A stretch of DNA of 64,000 bases from assembly GCA_950097015.1 (NCBI GenBank), contig CATNEN010000007.1, forward strand, positions 4,712,001-4,776,000, in the 5' to 3' direction. Below, one piece after another: positions 62,437 to 64,000 of this stretch. A model generated the notes under the pieces. The model ran no database searches, had not been told where the DNA came from, and worked only from the letters and a program-made list of their open reading frames with translations. Both the position numbers and the translations under genes were made by a program. The stretch is from Macrostomum hystrix. Lineage: Eukaryota; Animalia; Platyhelminthes. How positions within the stretch are numbered: the first letter of the stretch is position 1; the number at the start of each line of letters is the position of its first letter.

Positions 62437-63519
62437 ATGGAATCACAAGAGAAACCACAGTGCAAGTGCGACACCTGCGAATGCAAGAACTGCAAGTGCG
62501 AGACCTGCGAATGCAAGAACTGCAAGTGTGAGAACTGCAAATGCAAGAACTGCAAGTGCGAGACCTGCGAATGCAAGAACTGCAAGTGTGAGAACTGCGA
62601 ATGCAAGAACTGCAAGTGCGAGAATTGCGAATGCAAGAACTGCAAGTGCGAGAACTGCGAATGCAAGAACTGCAAGTGCGAGACCTGCGAATGCAAGAAC
62701 TGCAAGTGTGAGACCTGCGAATGCAAGAACTGCAAGTGCGAGACCTGCGAATGCAAGAACTGCAAGTGTGAGACCTGCGAATGCAAGAACTGCAAGTGCG
62801 AGAACTGCGAATGCAAGAACTGCAAGTGCGACACCTGCGAATGCAAGAACTGCAAGTGTGAGACCTGCGAATGCAAGAACTGCAAGTGCGAGACCTGCGA
62901 ATGCAAGAACTGCAAGTGTGAGACCTGCGAATGCAAGAACTGCAAGTGCGAGAACTGCGAATGCAAGAACTGCAAGTGCGACACCTGCGAATGCAAGAAC
63001 TGCAAGTGCGACACCTGCGAATGCAAGAACTGCAAGTGCGAGAACTGCGAATGCAAGAACTGCAAGTGCGAGAACTGCGAATGCAAGAACTGCAAGTGCG
63101 AGAACTGCGAATGCAAGAACTGCAAGTGCGAGAACTGCGAATGCGAGAACTGCAAGTGCGACACCTGCGAATGCAAGAACTGCAAGTGCGAGAACTGCGA
63201 ATGCAAGAACTGCAAGTGCGACACCTGCGAATGCAAGAACTGCAAGTGCGAGAACTGCGAATGCAAGAACTGCAAGTGCGAGAACTGCGAATGCAAGAAC
63301 TGCAAGTGCGAGAATTGCGAATGCAAGAACTGCAAGTGCGAGACCTGCGAATGCAAGAACTGCAAGTGCGAGAATTGCGAATGCAAGAACTGCAAGTGCG
63401 AGACCTGCGAATGCAAGAACTGCAAGTGCGAGACCTGCGAATGCAAGAACTGCAAGTGCGAGAACTGCGAATGCAAGAACTGCAAGTGCGAGACCGGTGA
63501 ATGCAAGAACTGCAAGTGA
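62437..63519 (+). CDS. Long repeat-built metallothionein-like protein A, copy 2 (360 aa)
   Basis: Translation identical to 49690-50772 in the ORF track. Confidence 0.8.
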   Translation: MESQEKPQCKCDTCECKNCKCETCECKNCKCENCKCKNCKCETCECKNCKCENCECKNCKCENCECKNCKCENCECKNCKCETCECKNCKCETCECKNCKCETCECKNCKCETCECKNCKCENCECKNCKCDTCECKNCKCETCECKNCKCETCECKNCKCETCECKNCKCENCECKNCKCDTCECKNCKCDTCECKNCKCENCECKNCKCENCECKNCKCENCECKNCKCENCECENCKCDTCECKNCKCENCECKNCKCDTCECKNCKCENCECKNCKCENCECKNCKCENCECKNCKCETCECKNCKCENCECKNCKCETCECKNCKCETCECKNCKCENCECKNCKCETGECKNCK

Positions 63520-64000
63520 AAGAACTTCAAAGTCAGGTGCTGCTTTATAGTTGGCAAAAGCAATGAGAAGTTTTCTCATTTGCTGCAAAGCATATGCTCG
63601 TACATATATTCCGCCAATTTACCAAGACGATTTGAGGGACTATAAGCTTTCTCAAAATTGTGTTCACTTTATGTTGATTGCTTATTAAAATTCGGACACT
63701 GAAGCCATTGGTTTTCTTATTTTTTAATCAGAGAAAATTGCTCTTATCAAACGTACCTACTATGTTTGTACCGGAAATAATAAAATTTTTGAGCTGGTGT
63801 TGATTATTTTATAATATTTTCCTTCTGCCGATCCTGCTTTGATACGCAAATATTCACGCTGTAAAATTGTCATTATGCCCGTACAAACAGAACTTAAAAC
63901 AAACAGTTTAAGTACATTTAATGTAATATGAAGCGACATTATTAAAACAAAAAAATGAAAAGCTAATGAATTGATTCAATTGAGTAGATAGGTAAGCTGG

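Larger units (their letters stand above)
59251..64000. repeat. Segmental duplicate of 43107-44098 + 47496-51253 (hAT-free copy)
   Basis: Offset is 16,144 bp left of the hAT site and 12,747 bp right of it; the 3,397-bp difference equals hAT + TSD. No differences were noticed in the stretches compared by eye. Confidence 0.93.

Overview
Eukaryotic (metazoan) genomic DNA with GC-rich exons and introns filled by locus-specific minisatellites. The style suggests a flatworm such as Macrostomum, which is an inference only. Contents, left to right: (1) a spliced WDSUB1-like gene (WD40 + SAM) on the minus strand, running off the window start; (2) an unresolved GC-rich region between large satellites; (3) a complete 6-exon nuclear lamin gene (minus, 673 aa, ending in CaaX 'CCVM'), carrying a nested antisense PAN/C-type lectin gene and a 5'-truncated RT-RNaseH non-LTR retrotransposon flanked by a 426-bp target duplication; (4) a Merlin deletion derivative, a spliced PHD-finger ORF with a coding minisatellite, and an apparently intact hAT transposon; (5) the highlight, a cluster of giant intronless metallothionein-like ORFs: 360 aa of (CKC[E/D][T/N]CECKN)n with an MRE and TATA box, and 818 aa of (CKCTD)n punctuated by a recurring module. 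The 360-aa gene recurs 12,747 bp downstream in a seemingly identical segmental duplicate that lacks the hAT insertion. Most long ORFs in the supplied track are by-products of tandem repeats. All alignments, counts and family assignments were made by eye, and no database searches were run.
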